From sequence record CP089609.1: 64,000 bases of DNA, one strand, 5' to 3'. Below the pieces are notes generated by a model. The model searched no databases and was not told where the DNA came from. It worked only from the letters and a program-made list of their open reading frames with translations. Positions 38,838 through 48,909 of this stretch are shown one piece after another. Within the stretch, counting starts at the first letter, position 1. Each line of letters opens with the position of its first letter. The position numbers were made by a program, and so were the translations under genes. This stretch comes from a plasmid.

Positions 38838-40835
38838 TCACGAGAGGCCAGGAGCCTCCGCGCCGGCCAGGACGGATCTCAGCAGCGCAGTGGCGGCGGC
38901 CACCTTGGCTGCGGTCTTGGCTGGCGCTGCCGCGGTGTACGTGACACCGGCCAACGTCGCCCTACAGGTGAACCCGTCTTCCTGAGTAGGCCCGGCCGGC
39001 GCGACATTGAACTCCACAGGGCCCAGCGACTGGCTGGCGGCAAAACCCGTCAGCCAGCCGACCGGATTGGCGAAAGCGTTCGTCCGCTTGACGTCGCTCA
39101 TGCTGGCGACTTTTCTGCGAGCCGTTTCCGGCAGGAGCATCTCCCCGACGTGCTCCGGTACAGTCGGCGCCGCCGGCGCCCCGGTCTGAGTCGTTGGCTG
39201 CAGGTTCGCTGGCACCGGGGCCGGCGGATCCGCCGGCCAGGAGACCGCCTCATCGACTGAGTCTGTGTGTCCGCACACCACGTCGAGCAGTTCCCACATC
39301 GCTTGTGTGGAGGCGGTTTTCTTCGATTCCCCGATCTGCCACCGGCCCACACCGTCCCCGAGCCGTGCGCGGGCGGCGAACAGCGGTTGATGGATTGGTC
39401 GGCTCGGATGGTTCTGTATGTCGATCTCGGCGCCCTGATCGGTGCCGAGGATCTGGGATCGACCGCTCAGTGCGCTGGGACCGAATTCGGGGTGCACCTC
39501 ACGAACTTTGGCGAAGAATCGTTTCCGGATGCCATCCCAGGCCGAGCTGGTGGTGGCCAAGCGGGCAATGTCGTTGGCTACCAGTAGATTTTCATCGAGC
39601 CGGCGGCACAGTTCGGCCTCGATTCCCGGCGCGGGTCCGGTGGCGGTCATCAGGTCGAACATCTTGCGCCACTGCTTTTGATCGAGCGCATCGTAGTTTC
39701 GGTCCAGGATGTGTCGCGCGCTGACTTTGCGGCTCATCTGCTTGAAATGGTCGGCGGTCTCGTTTCGTTTGGCGTCGTTGGATGCGTTGATTTCCGTGGC
39801 GATCGCCGCCAGTTCGTCGGAGCTGTAGACGGCCGGTCCTCCGGCAAGGTGATTCCACACAATCCGTTGAGTGATCAGGTCGGCATAGCGGCGCAGTGGG
39901 GAGGTCACATGGGCGTAGGCGGGCAACCGCAGACCGTGGTGCCCTCGCGGCCGCGGTTCATAACGGGCGCGTCCGAAGGTGCGGGTGACCCGCTGCGCGA
40001 GCTGCTCGAACAACCCTGGATCGTGCAGCGCCGCAGCGAGGTCGGCGGCGATTTCGCGGCCATCGCTGAGCAGGTTGGATTGGTGATTGCGGTAGAGGAC
40101 TTCCAGTCCCTCGTCGATGCACCAATCGGCCAGGGCGCTACTGGCTGCGACCATCAGTTCGGTGTTGATGAGATATCCCACGGTGCGTTGAGCCGGGGGA
40201 ATTTCGGTGAGTTGGCCGTCCTCGGTCACGGTGATTCCGTGGACGAGGTCGTACACGGTGGCCGCACCGGCGGCTGAGCGTCTGGCGAACAGCTGCTGGG
40301 CCAGCCGGTGCGCGGCGTCGAGCATCGGGTTCAGCTGATGCCCTTGCTCATGCAGCACCTTGGGGACGTCCTTGTAGGACAACCGTATGCACGTCCCGGC
40401 GGGCAGAAAGCTCTGGCGCACCGACACCTCGGTGCGTTGCCCGGTGGCATCGAACACCGCTGCGATGGTCAGTGCCGAGCGATCCAGACGGTCGGACAAT
40501 GTGACCTCACGCTCGACTTCGCCGAGCATCGGAATGGTTCTACGTGGCAGATATCGTGAGGCCACCCGGGCCCGGGCCAGCCGATCGTGCTCGCTGTCGC
40601 GCGCGATAACAGCCGCTGTGGCGGCGACGTGAACGGTCAGATTCCATCCTCCGTCAGCGATGGGCTCGACGGTCAGGGCATCGTCAAGGTCGATACTGCC
40701 CGCAGGATCGATCATCACTGCTGACCCGCGCCATTGTCGGCCGGACGCGTTGGGGCAGCTCGCGGTCGCAGTTGGACCGGGTGCTGGTGTCGAGTGGATT
40801 TCGGTCACGGTTTCGGCAGGTCGTTCGCAGCGCAC
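38838..40835 (-). CDS. RNase II/R-family (RNB domain) exoribonuclease with C-terminal dsRNA-binding domain
   Basis: RNB motifs IDLDDALTVE and HHGLRLPAYAHVTSPLRRYADLITQRIV. No N-terminal cold-shock/S1 domains. C-terminal ...FTCRATLAGVTYTAAAPAKTAAKVAAATALLRSVLA is a DSRM-like pattern. The true start may be the internal MIDPAG (about 40715). Confidence 0.7.
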   Translation of the reverse strand: MRCERPAETVTEIHSTPAPGPTATASCPNASGRQWRGSAVMIDPAGSIDLDDALTVEPIADGGWNLTVHVAATAAVIARDSEHDRLARARVASRYLPRRTIPMLGEVEREVTLSDRLDRSALTIAAVFDATGQRTEVSVRQSFLPAGTCIRLSYKDVPKVLHEQGHQLNPMLDAAHRLAQQLFARRSAAGAATVYDLVHGITVTEDGQLTEIPPAQRTVGYLINTELMVAASSALADWCIDEGLEVLYRNHQSNLLSDGREIAADLAAALHDPGLFEQLAQRVTRTFGRARYEPRPRGHHGLRLPAYAHVTSPLRRYADLITQRIVWNHLAGGPAVYSSDELAAIATEINASNDAKRNETADHFKQMSRKVSARHILDRNYDALDQKQWRKMFDLMTATGPAPGIEAELCRRLDENLLVANDIARLATTSSAWDGIRKRFFAKVREVHPEFGPSALSGRSQILGTDQGAEIDIQNHPSRPIHQPLFAARARLGDGVGRWQIGESKKTASTQAMWELLDVVCGHTDSVDEAVSWPADPPAPVPANLQPTTQTGAPAAPTVPEHVGEMLLPETARRKVASMSDVKRTNAFANPVGWLTGFAASQSLGPVEFNVAPAGPTQEDGFTCRATLAGVTYTAAAPAKTAAKVAAATALLRSVLAGAEAPGLS

Positions 40836-41216
40836 GCATTGGTGACGGGAAGCGTCGCGATCATCGTGTCGAATCGCCTTCTTTGATCTCGACGTGACGC
40901 GTCATAGCTGGTGACTCTCCTTCACATCCCCTGTGGTTGTACCGGCCAGGGTGACCCAATTCTGGTCATCGTCTCATTGGCGATTGTTTCCGCGACAGCC
41001 GATTCGTCGGCTGGACAGCAACACCCGCCACTACCAGCGGATTCACCCACGGCGGATACACCGCATTCGGTCTATATTTGCCACCACCCCTGTCCGCCCT
41101 CCTCGATGGCGGCGCGAGAGGGGCGATCGCACAGACCCCGTCCGCCCGTGCTCTTGAAAGACCCCATGCCACCCGAAAACCGGCAGCCCTGGACTGACCG
41201 GATCAGCCAACCCTGT

Positions 41217-41236
41217 GGCATATACCTCAGGTCGTG
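41217..41236 (+). promoter_or_regulatory. Leaderless motif copy g (GTG variant)
   Basis: GGCATATACCTCAGGTCGTG, upstream of the family-A gene 41398. Confidence 0.45.
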
Positions 41237-41371
41237 ACCACCACTCCCACGCTCCCTGCCGACTGGGCCATCCGGATCCGTCCCATGCCGCGGCGTGAAT
41301 CGCTCGCACGCACCGCGCACGCACTGCGCCGCCTCAACAAGGCACCCGCACGCGGCCAAGACAACTGACCC
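41234..41371 (+). CDS. Small leaderless ORF (45 aa) defined by the conserved promoter/start motif
   Basis: The GTG is aligned exactly as the ATG in the other motif copies; no other support. Confidence 0.25.
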
Positions 41372-41397
41372 CGACACCCTTCAGGAGAAACCACCGC

Positions 41398-42315
41398 ATG
41401 GCCTACGAACGCTGGACACCCATCGCCGCGCAGAGCAACAACTGCTCCCCGCACACCTGGATCCTCTCCTGGGACCGCGACGTCGAATCTCTGCGGGCGG
41501 CGGCGCTGGCCGCCGCCTGGCAGTGGCACCTCGCCCTCGACACCACCCGGAACCACCAGCTCGTCATCGACCTCCATCAGCTCGCGGCCACCCGCTACGC
41601 CGACTACCGCGACGCCTCGACACACGACCGAAACCGCTACCTCAGCACCGTCGAGCACGTGATTCTCGCCGTAGGCCCAGGCTTCGACTGCACCAACCGC
41701 CACCTCCGGTGGATCGCCCGACTCGGCCGCACGACAGGCATTCATCTCGCCGTCGACTCCCGCCACCGCGACGACCCACTGGTAGCCGACGAGTTCATCG
41801 ACAACATCAACGGCTACTGGACGCCCATCCCCAGTGAAACCTCATATCCCAGCAGCTATAGCTATGTCAGCACCGGAGCATTACAGATCCTCACCGACAC
41901 CACCCGAGCTCATGCCGCCACGATTGACGCTCGCGCCTCGGCACTTGACACCATGTTCGCCGGCGCCGCACGCAGTGCACAGCACCTCGTCGACGCGAAC
42001 CCGCTTTCCCCCGACGATCCCCGCATCCAAGCGGTCATTGCCGCGGCCAAAAACCAGCGGTGGCGGGTCACACCGTACAACGCCGGTCGCTGCGATTTCA
42101 TCCATGACGCCAGTGACACCGCGGTGGTGGTGCGCTGGGGCACCGAGCAGCATCCGGTGCGCTACGCGGCCACCGGCCCTGTAGATGCTGAGCGCGGAGC
42201 CGACCGTCGCACCCTGGTCTCGGCCGGCAGCCCGGCCGACGGTGACCCCATCGCCGCGCTGGTGCGGTTCTTCACGCAAGCGCCCCGGCCTGACACGAAC
42301 ACGTTGAGCGAATAG
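41398..42315 (+). CDS. Hypothetical protein, paralog family A (short form)
   Basis: N-terminal HTWILSWDRDVESLRAAALAAAW...YLSTVEHVILAVGPGF...RHLRWIARLGRTTGIHLAVDSRHRDDPL is clearly homologous to 47556-48902, and the C-terminal RWGTEQHPVRYA region as well. CAGGAG SD. Confidence 0.55.
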   Translation: MAYERWTPIAAQSNNCSPHTWILSWDRDVESLRAAALAAAWQWHLALDTTRNHQLVIDLHQLAATRYADYRDASTHDRNRYLSTVEHVILAVGPGFDCTNRHLRWIARLGRTTGIHLAVDSRHRDDPLVADEFIDNINGYWTPIPSETSYPSSYSYVSTGALQILTDTTRAHAATIDARASALDTMFAGAARSAQHLVDANPLSPDDPRIQAVIAAAKNQRWRVTPYNAGRCDFIHDASDTAVVVRWGTEQHPVRYAATGPVDAERGADRRTLVSAGSPADGDPIAALVRFFTQAPRPDTNTLSE

Positions 42316-42376
42316 TCACGAAGTGCCCAAACCATCGCAGCTGGAGGACAGGACACTGGACCAACAACGATAGTTG

Positions 42377-42398
42377 TATACACCCTTTTAGGTGTATT
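42377..42398. promoter_or_regulatory. Palindrome copy 3 (TATACACC-ctttta-GGTGTATt, TATTGT -10-like)
   Basis: Between 41398-42315 and 42515-42805. Confidence 0.55.
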
Positions 42399-42514
42399 GT
42401 TTGATCGGTTGCCACCCCATCTCATCTGCGCAGCCGCACGAGGCCTTCGCGGGCGCGAACCATGTTGCCAGGCAAGCCGGATTCGCCCGCCACGACGACA
42501 GGAGCACTCTTTTG

Positions 42515-42805
42515 ATGGCTACCCGGCGCGAACTGAAGGTCACTCACCGTTTGATCGGTCAGGACAAGGTCGACGAATTCACCGCGCTGTGTTTCGTCCT
42601 GAAATTGCGTCCTCACCAGTTGCTGAGTCAGCTGGTCACAGAGGGAGTCGCTCGGTACCGCGAGGACCCCGATCTCGACGAGGACATTCGCCAGCTCTGC
42701 CAACTACGCCAGCAGCACCTCGACCACATCAGCCACAGAGATGACGACGGTAGGAATTCCTCAGCACACCTTCCGGGTCACTTTGCCGCAGACCGAACTA
42801 CCTGA
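42515..42805 (+). CDS. Small hypothetical protein (candidate DNA-binding/regulator)
   Basis: 96 aa from ATG 42515 with a GGAGC SD. Lies 117 nt downstream of a palindrome copy. Confidence 0.4.
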   Translation: MATRRELKVTHRLIGQDKVDEFTALCFVLKLRPHQLLSQLVTEGVARYREDPDLDEDIRQLCQLRQQHLDHISHRDDDGRNSSAHLPGHFAADRTT

Positions 42806-42825
42806 CCACCAAGGAGATACGTCCG

Positions 42826-43329
42826 ATGACAACGACCACCGCCCCTAGTGCGCAGGTCGCCGGCGCCGAGCCCGGCCCCACTCGGCCCACCAAGCACACC
42901 GCACCGGCACTGCTGGAGACCACCCCTGACGCCAACACCGCGATCTGGACCAGCCACGGCCACGGCGACTACAACGGCCACGACATCACCGCATCCATCG
43001 CCAGCGACGACACCCGGCGCCTCTGGGTCAGCATTGCCGAGGCTGACCCGTTGACCCCCAGCGACGTACGCCAGCTGATCGCGCATCTGCAGTACGCCCT
43101 GACCACGCTGGAGGGCGCCCCGCTCAACGTCGACACCTACCGCGCCCACGCCACCTCTCCACAGAGAGACGGGATCATCGAGGCCGTCGTCGACGAAACC
43201 ACCGACATCGACACCATCACGTCGTTCTGCAGCGACCACCGTGACCGCGGGCGCACTGTGAGCGTCGAAACCAGACACTGGCAGACCCTCACCGAGGCCT
43301 CCGGCTGGCACCGGAATCACGATCTGTAA
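42826..43329 (+). CDS. Hypothetical protein
   Basis: AAGGAGA SD; 167 aa. Confidence 0.5.
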   Translation: MTTTTAPSAQVAGAEPGPTRPTKHTAPALLETTPDANTAIWTSHGHGDYNGHDITASIASDDTRRLWVSIAEADPLTPSDVRQLIAHLQYALTTLEGAPLNVDTYRAHATSPQRDGIIEAVVDETTDIDTITSFCSDHRDRGRTVSVETRHWQTLTEASGWHRNHDL

Positions 43330-43379
43330 CTGGTCATCAGTCCTCACTCGATAGTCGAATCACTGCAAGGGAATCGGTC

Positions 43380-43778
43380 ATGATCTACGGTGCGAGCAAC
43401 CCCGACGAGTATCTGCTCAACCTGACGAAGTCCACCGGATCGCTGATGCTGATCCGCGTCTACCGCACCCCGGCGGGAACGCTTCAGGCGCACTGGGCCA
43501 CTGGCGAGCAGGACACGACCGAAATCGACCCTCTCGACGTCGTCAAGATCGCCCACTCAACCACGGGATGCAGACCCGGCCGTCGGATAGATCCCACCCC
43601 AGGCGATGACGAGCAGCTCGCCACAGCGTGGGAGGCCGGCTATCAGGCCGCACAGAAGTACCAGCGGGAACGTGAGGAAGACCGCCGCGTATTCGAACGC
43701 CACAACCTACCGTGGGGTGGCCTCATCCCGGATCGACCCACCAATCCGTACCGCTCAACACCGGAGTGGGACTTCTAG
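43380..43778 (+). CDS. Hypothetical protein
   Basis: 132-aa ORF. Confidence 0.45.
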   Translation: MIYGASNPDEYLLNLTKSTGSLMLIRVYRTPAGTLQAHWATGEQDTTEIDPLDVVKIAHSTTGCRPGRRIDPTPGDDEQLATAWEAGYQAAQKYQREREEDRRVFERHNLPWGGLIPDRPTNPYRSTPEWDF

Positions 43779-43838
43779 CTGCGCTGTTCCATGACATTCG
43801 TTACAGGAAAAACGAGCGGGGTAAGGAGCGAAAACCCA

Positions 43839-44516
43839 ATGGACGTAACAACAGTCACGAGTCCTGACGCACTGGAAATGCTCACCGACGACAAGGAGAG
43901 TCGCCATGCGGATCTTACGTTGATCGGCGGCCCCGCCAGGGTGGGGAAGACAACTTTGGCCCGGCGCTGGACCGCAACTAGGCCAGCGGAGCTTGTACAC
44001 CTTGATCACCTTCTTCACGCCGTAGCTGCGGTCGCCACGGGGGATGAACTCAGTGCGCTGCGACAAGCGCCGAGCATCACCACTCACAGCCCAGAGCAGT
44101 GGTTAGCCGGACTGCGTGAACGTGACGAAGTGCTCTGGAAGGCGGCGGGAGCTTATTCCACGGCCGCGAAGAGTGGCTTGGTCTTGGAAGGCGGACTCTG
44201 GCCCGACTGGGTAGCCAACATCAGCCGGCCTCATGCGGCGATCTTCATCGTAGACACTGGTGACAGTGCCGATCGCCTGGTCGACATCACGCGCGCTGAC
44301 CCGCATAGCTGGATGGCTCAACGCCGATGGCCGGAGGAAAAGATCCGGAAGTGGGCGTGCTACAACATGTTCCGCAGCACGGTCATCGCCGAACTTGCAG
44401 ATCGTCATGGCTATCCCGTCTTCGATATCGCCGACGGCATAGCTGCAGCCCAGGACAAAGCACTCGCGTACCTCGCGACCATCACAAGTGCAGGGATGAC
44501 TGTTCATGAGCATTGA
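43839..44516 (+). CDS. P-loop NTPase, nucleotide/polynucleotide-kinase-like
   Basis: ATG 43839 with an AAGGAGCG SD. Walker A LIGGPARVGKTTLARRW plus Walker B-like AIFIVDTGD. A locally lower-GC leader. Confidence 0.6.
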   Translation: MDVTTVTSPDALEMLTDDKESRHADLTLIGGPARVGKTTLARRWTATRPAELVHLDHLLHAVAAVATGDELSALRQAPSITTHSPEQWLAGLRERDEVLWKAAGAYSTAAKSGLVLEGGLWPDWVANISRPHAAIFIVDTGDSADRLVDITRADPHSWMAQRRWPEEKIRKWACYNMFRSTVIAELADRHGYPVFDIADGIAAAQDKALAYLATITSAGMTVHEH

Positions 44517-44937
44517 CGCACTCATCACCGCTCGAGAAGCTTCTTACCGCGGCGAAGGGGACTGGAGAACACCGGCCATTTACAACACCGTGGACGAGTT
44601 GCTTTTCCTGCGGGAATCCCGGTACTTGATCGGACCTGACGCTAGAACCGTTGCGGCGCAGAAGTTCACCGCACACAAAGACAACCCCCACTACAGCCAC
44701 GCCCCACCGGGCCAAGGCACTGCTCGCCACTGGACCGCCGAGGAAATCGAGAGCATCAGGCGCTGCTACTGGCGCGAGGAGCATGTTGCCCGTATCCGCC
44801 AGGCGTTTCCCGTTGAAACCGCCGCGTTTGACCGCGAGAAGTGGAATCTTCAGGTGTTTAACGATCCGGAGTTGTGCGACATCTGGGACGAACCTGGTGA
44901 TATCGGCCGGAGCCAGGCCCAAGGCGAGCACCGGTGA
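44506..44937 (+). CDS. Hypothetical protein (overlaps both neighbours; operon member)
   Basis: 143 aa. Start and stop overlap the flanking genes. Confidence 0.45.
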   Translation: MSIDALITAREASYRGEGDWRTPAIYNTVDELLFLRESRYLIGPDARTVAAQKFTAHKDNPHYSHAPPGQGTARHWTAEEIESIRRCYWREEHVARIRQAFPVETAAFDREKWNLQVFNDPELCDIWDEPGDIGRSQAQGEHR

Positions 44938-45830
44938 TCCCCGTGGCGCCAAACGTCTCAAATGGCTGGCACTCCACGCCGGCAACCACGTTGATTGCCG
45001 TTGATCTCGACCGGACCCTGATCTATTCGCGCCGGTGGTTCTCCGACACCGACCGTGACACCGCGTGGTGCGTGGAACGTCGCGATGGCCGAGAAGTTTC
45101 GTTCATGACCCCCGCCGCGATGGCCGCTCTTGAACAGCTGGCAGCGGGCCCGGGCCAGATCGTTGTCCCTGCCACGACCCGCGCCCTGGCCCACTACCAG
45201 CGCATCGCGTTGCCCGGCGGGCCCTACCGCTATGCGGTAACCAGCAACGGAGGCACCATCCTCGTCGACGGGCAGCCCGATCCCACGTGGACCGCGACCG
45301 TGGCGGCCACACTGCGTGCCGAAAGCGTCCCACTCGAAGTGTTGAGGACAGCTCTGCACACCGCGATCAGTGCCGCCGACTGGGTGCACCGTGTCGTTGT
45401 CGTCGACGGACTGTTCTGCTATGTCGCCATTGACGAATCAGCGCTGCCCCAAGACTTCATCGAGTTGTGGAAAGACTGGTGCGAACCGCGCGGCTGGAAA
45501 GTGGTACGCCAGGACCGCAAGATCTACACCCTTCCCCGATCACTGTGTAAATCCCACGCCGTCGAAGAGGTCAGGAAGCGACTTACTACCCGGGGCGAGT
45601 TGATCGCCGACGCGCCGGTGCTTGCTGCTGGCGACGGTGCGCTCGATACGGCACTTCTGGCCGCAGCCAACGCCGCTATACGCCCATCTCACGGCGAGCT
45701 GCACAACACGGGATGGCGCACCGCCAAGACAGTCGTCGCAACGGCATTCGGCGCGAAAGCGGCCGAACAGATTCTGACATGGTGCCGTCTGCGGGCCGAA
45801 GCTGGCCGCGCCGAAGGTACCTCTGTGTAA
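44934..45830 (+). CDS. HAD-superfamily phosphatase (HAD-IIB/Cof-like)
   Basis: Motif I IAVDLDRTLI (DxDxT), motif II VPATTR, motif IV AAGDGALD. Confidence 0.7.
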   Translation: MIPVAPNVSNGWHSTPATTLIAVDLDRTLIYSRRWFSDTDRDTAWCVERRDGREVSFMTPAAMAALEQLAAGPGQIVVPATTRALAHYQRIALPGGPYRYAVTSNGGTILVDGQPDPTWTATVAATLRAESVPLEVLRTALHTAISAADWVHRVVVVDGLFCYVAIDESALPQDFIELWKDWCEPRGWKVVRQDRKIYTLPRSLCKSHAVEEVRKRLTTRGELIADAPVLAAGDGALDTALLAAANAAIRPSHGELHNTGWRTAKTVVATAFGAKAAEQILTWCRLRAEAGRAEGTSV

Positions 45831-45904
45831 CCGACAGGTGGAACACCAACATGTCAGTGGCGGATGCCACACTGACCAACATCTATCCGAGGAGAAGGAC
45901 AGCG

Positions 45905-46150
45905 ATGAACACCGACGGCGCGGAGTGGACCATGTTCACGATCCCTCGCGCGGTCAGGCTGGTGAAATGGCTGATCTACGCGGCTGGCAACGCACTGGCG
46001 GCATATTCGGCGATCACCGCTGCGGGATGGCTGGCCGTCCCCCTGGTCATCGTGTTCGCCGCGTTCGCCATCGCATGCCTGGGCTCAGGCTGGGCAGAGT
46101 GGACCGAACAACGGCCCGAGCTCGGGCCGACGATCGAAAGCCTCCCGTAG
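45905..46150 (+). CDS. Small membrane protein
   Basis: A GAGGAGAAGGA SD 8 nt upstream of ATG 45905; 2 TM helices. Confidence 0.4.
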   Translation: MNTDGAEWTMFTIPRAVRLVKWLIYAAGNALAAYSAITAAGWLAVPLVIVFAAFAIACLGSGWAEWTEQRPELGPTIESLP

Positions 46151-46594
46151 CTACCGGCGAAAGCTGTCCACGGTGTACCGGTCGGGATCTCTGGCGATCA
46201 ACGCCCGTTGGTGCTGATAGTGCACGTCCGAGCCCCACCACGGCGGCGCCAGCCATCCGGCGCTTCGCCCGAAGTGAAGGACTCGCTGCAGTTCGGCGAC
46301 GTGTTTGAGGCGACAGGTAACCTCGTCGGCGCTGATCACCCCATGCTTCTCCAATGCGTATATCGCCCACATGTTGTACACACTCAACGCCGGGCCGTGA
46401 CGGGTCCACTCTCCCAGATCGCTGTCCGGATCGTTGGCATGCAGTTCGATGGCCAACAGGGACAGATTGTGCGCCTCAATGAGTTCTGGACTGTCCAACG
46501 CGCACAGCGCATCTCGATACCGATAGCCGTTGTCCGCCCCAAGGCCAGGGGAGGGAACCCAGATGCGGGAGGACGCATCCGGCGAGCTAGGCAT
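46151..46594 (-). CDS. Hypothetical protein
   Basis: 147-aa ORF. Confidence 0.4.
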   Translation of the reverse strand: MPSSPDASSRIWVPSPGLGADNGYRYRDALCALDSPELIEAHNLSLLAIELHANDPDSDLGEWTRHGPALSVYNMWAIYALEKHGVISADEVTCRLKHVAELQRVLHFGRSAGWLAPPWWGSDVHYQHQRALIARDPDRYTVDSFRR

Positions 46595-47162
46595 CCAAGT
46601 GCTGCGCGCCGCTGAGCGCTGCTTGACGATCGGTCTGCGGCCAGAGGACGCGTGATGCCGCGACGGCCAGTGACATGACCGTGGCCAAGCGCTGCTGTAG
46701 TGCTGCGCCGTCGGCTGGGCGCCAGCCGTTGTCGCGCCACCGTTCGGCCGCGGCCAACAGCCCCACCGAATCGTCGATGCTGTTGGTGACCTCGTGCAGT
46801 GCTGTCACGGCCGCAATGAGATGGTCGGCGTCGCCGCGGCCTTCGCAGGACGGGCAGGGTTCCTCGGCCGGTGTGCCGGCGCCGGGACTGTGCGCGTCGA
46901 GCTCGGCGTAGTCGGCACTGGCGGCCCAGCGCTCCTCAGGATGGACGGTCTTCCACGCCCGTTCAGCATCATCATGGCGCTTCCACCACAGCGCCCCCAG
47001 CGGATTCTCGACAGTGCCGCTGCCGCCGCAGTCCAGGCACTGATTCACAGCTGCTTGTTGGTTGCATGGTTCAGGTGTCCTTTGCGAGCTCGCGCTTCTG
47101 CCGTGGTCAGTGTAGGTCTGGTCACCTCCTGGATCGAGCCATGTCACCAGGACCCAGTCCAT
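46587..47162 (-). CDS. Zinc-ribbon hypothetical protein
   Basis: Started at internal Met MDWVLV (47162); the upstream ORF part is junk. CLDCGGSG...CPSCEGRG is a Cys4 pattern. Confidence 0.45.
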   Translation of the reverse strand: MDWVLVTWLDPGGDQTYTDHGRSASSQRTPEPCNQQAAVNQCLDCGGSGTVENPLGALWWKRHDDAERAWKTVHPEERWAASADYAELDAHSPGAGTPAEEPCPSCEGRGDADHLIAAVTALHEVTNSIDDSVGLLAAAERWRDNGWRPADGAALQQRLATVMSLAVAASRVLWPQTDRQAALSGAQHLDA

Positions 47163-47224
47163 GGGAGCTGGGAGGCCTTCGGCCCGCCTACCGCGCCCGA
47201 TAGCCTGGTCCACGGACCGACTTT

Positions 47225-47246
47225 TATACACCCTCGCCGGTTCATA
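47225..47246. promoter_or_regulatory. Palindrome copy 4, degenerate right arm (TATACACC-ctcgcc-GGTtcATA), between divergent genes 47162(-) and 47556(+)
   Basis: The left arm is perfect; the right arm has 6/8. Confidence 0.4.
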
Positions 47247-47537
47247 GTGTGATGTAGGGGCACCGCCCTCGATCCGCATTTCATGTTGGAGCACCAAGGG
47301 ATATGACGCTCGCCGATGCGGCACTATTCGGTTACGCCAGCACCGACAACGCTCGGCCACCGGCAGTGGTGATGAGCTACGGCATGGGCCTGGATTCATC
47401 GTCATTGTTGCCGACCGCAGCTGTACTGCAGGGAATGTGACTGAGCACCTCACACACGCGGTGTGGGCGACACACACCCCGTGTGGGTCGCCTGGCTAGA
47501 GATGCGTACTGATCGTTGACCGGATCTCCGAAACCCC

Positions 47538-47558
47538 GGGCATATACCTGTGGGCATG
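47538..47558 (+). promoter_or_regulatory. Leaderless motif copy h for 47556-48902
   Basis: GGGCATATACCTGTGGGCATG. Confidence 0.5.
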
Positions 47559-48902
47559 AGCAACATGTCGACTCAGGCGACGACACTGGATGCCTTCAAC
47601 GACGCCCCGCACACCTGGATCGAATGCTGGGATGAGGAGGTCGAGCCGCTGCGAGCCGCGGCGCTGGCCGCCGGCTGGACGTGGCATTGCGTTGATACCT
47701 CCGAGGATCTCCCGGCCCTGCTCTGGGCCCTTGAGCTCGCCAGTTCCCGCCACCAGAACCTCATGCCGGCAGAGCGCCGGCGCTATCTGGCGGCGGTCGG
47801 CCACGTCGTGATCGCCGTCGGCCCCGGCTACCAGGGCAGCTACCGCTATCTGAGGTGGATTGCACGGGCGGGAGCGCGCACCGGAATTCACCTGGCTGTC
47901 GCTGCCAGCCACCGTCGAAACCCCCTGGCCCCTCAGGATCTCAAGGACGGCATCACCGATCCACCGAGTGCGTACGTGGGCCCGGTGTCCGGCTGCGCAG
48001 CCGCCGCGCGGTCCAGCGAGCACCCGTGGCTGCCCACGTCGCCCGATGGGCACGGGCCCGACGACTACAGCGCACCGGCGGCCGGTCTCCTGGGTGCCTT
48101 CCGGCATCGCCTGCGCCGGCGTCGTAACGCCGATCGTCGAGTCCGTCCAGAGCAGCGGGTGTGTTCGGAATCGGATCTGGCTTGGCTCGATGACGATCCT
48201 CGGGTTCAGCTGATCGTCGCTACGGCCACGCGCGAGGGATGGCGCCGTGAACCTGGCGCCCAGACGGCTGTGTGGCGGTTCGTGCACGACATCGGGACAA
48301 CCCTCACGGTGCACTGGGGGACTCCGGAGATGCCGCTACTTCACGCCGCAGCGACCGCGACGGCGACGGTACGTTGGGGCGCCGTCACCTTGCCCGTCCT
48401 GGTAGCTGCCGGCGACACCGCCAGCAGCCCGGCCGACAACATCGTCTTGGCTTGCGACGCCGACGCCCAGTGGATCGAATCGCAGATCGATCGGGTTCAG
48501 AACTTTCTCCGTAGCCATCCCGCCGAATATCGCGTCATGTCCCAGATCTCGGCCGACCCGCGCGCGCGTTCGGTGATCAATACCGCTGAGCAACACGGCT
48601 GGGAAATTCACCCGCACGACGTGGACAGGTGCACCTTCGCCCGAGGTGGAACCGAGATCTGGCTTCGCTGGGGCATCATCGATTGCCCATGGCCATTCCT
48701 CTATGCGCACACCGCCCCGCACGGCGATGGGCCCTCCGTCTACCTCTCTCATGGGGATGATCCTCCCGAGGAGCAGCTCGTGGCCATGCTGCGATTCCTC
48801 GCGGCCCCAGACACCGGCCCAACAGGCGCTTCCTCCAATGCAATCGAGCCGAAAGGCCACAGCTTCGAGTTAGGAGACACATCACTCAATACACCTAAAT
48901 AG
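47556..48902 (+). CDS. Hypothetical protein, paralog family A (long form)
   Basis: Homolog of 41398-42315 (see above). ATG 47556 sits at a leaderless motif. The stop overlaps a palindrome copy. Confidence 0.55.
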   Translation: MSNMSTQATTLDAFNDAPHTWIECWDEEVEPLRAAALAAGWTWHCVDTSEDLPALLWALELASSRHQNLMPAERRRYLAAVGHVVIAVGPGYQGSYRYLRWIARAGARTGIHLAVAASHRRNPLAPQDLKDGITDPPSAYVGPVSGCAAAARSSEHPWLPTSPDGHGPDDYSAPAAGLLGAFRHRLRRRRNADRRVRPEQRVCSESDLAWLDDDPRVQLIVATATREGWRREPGAQTAVWRFVHDIGTTLTVHWGTPEMPLLHAAATATATVRWGAVTLPVLVAAGDTASSPADNIVLACDADAQWIESQIDRVQNFLRSHPAEYRVMSQISADPRARSVINTAEQHGWEIHPHDVDRCTFARGGTEIWLRWGIIDCPWPFLYAHTAPHGDGPSVYLSHGDDPPEEQLVAMLRFLAAPDTGPTGASSNAIEPKGHSFELGDTSLNTPK

Positions 48903-48909
48903 GTGTATT
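48888..48909. promoter_or_regulatory. Palindrome copy 5 (aATACACC-taaata-GGTGTATt), overlaps stop of 47556-48902 and lies 73 nt upstream of the Rnl1-like gene
   Basis: Seen directly. Confidence 0.55.
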
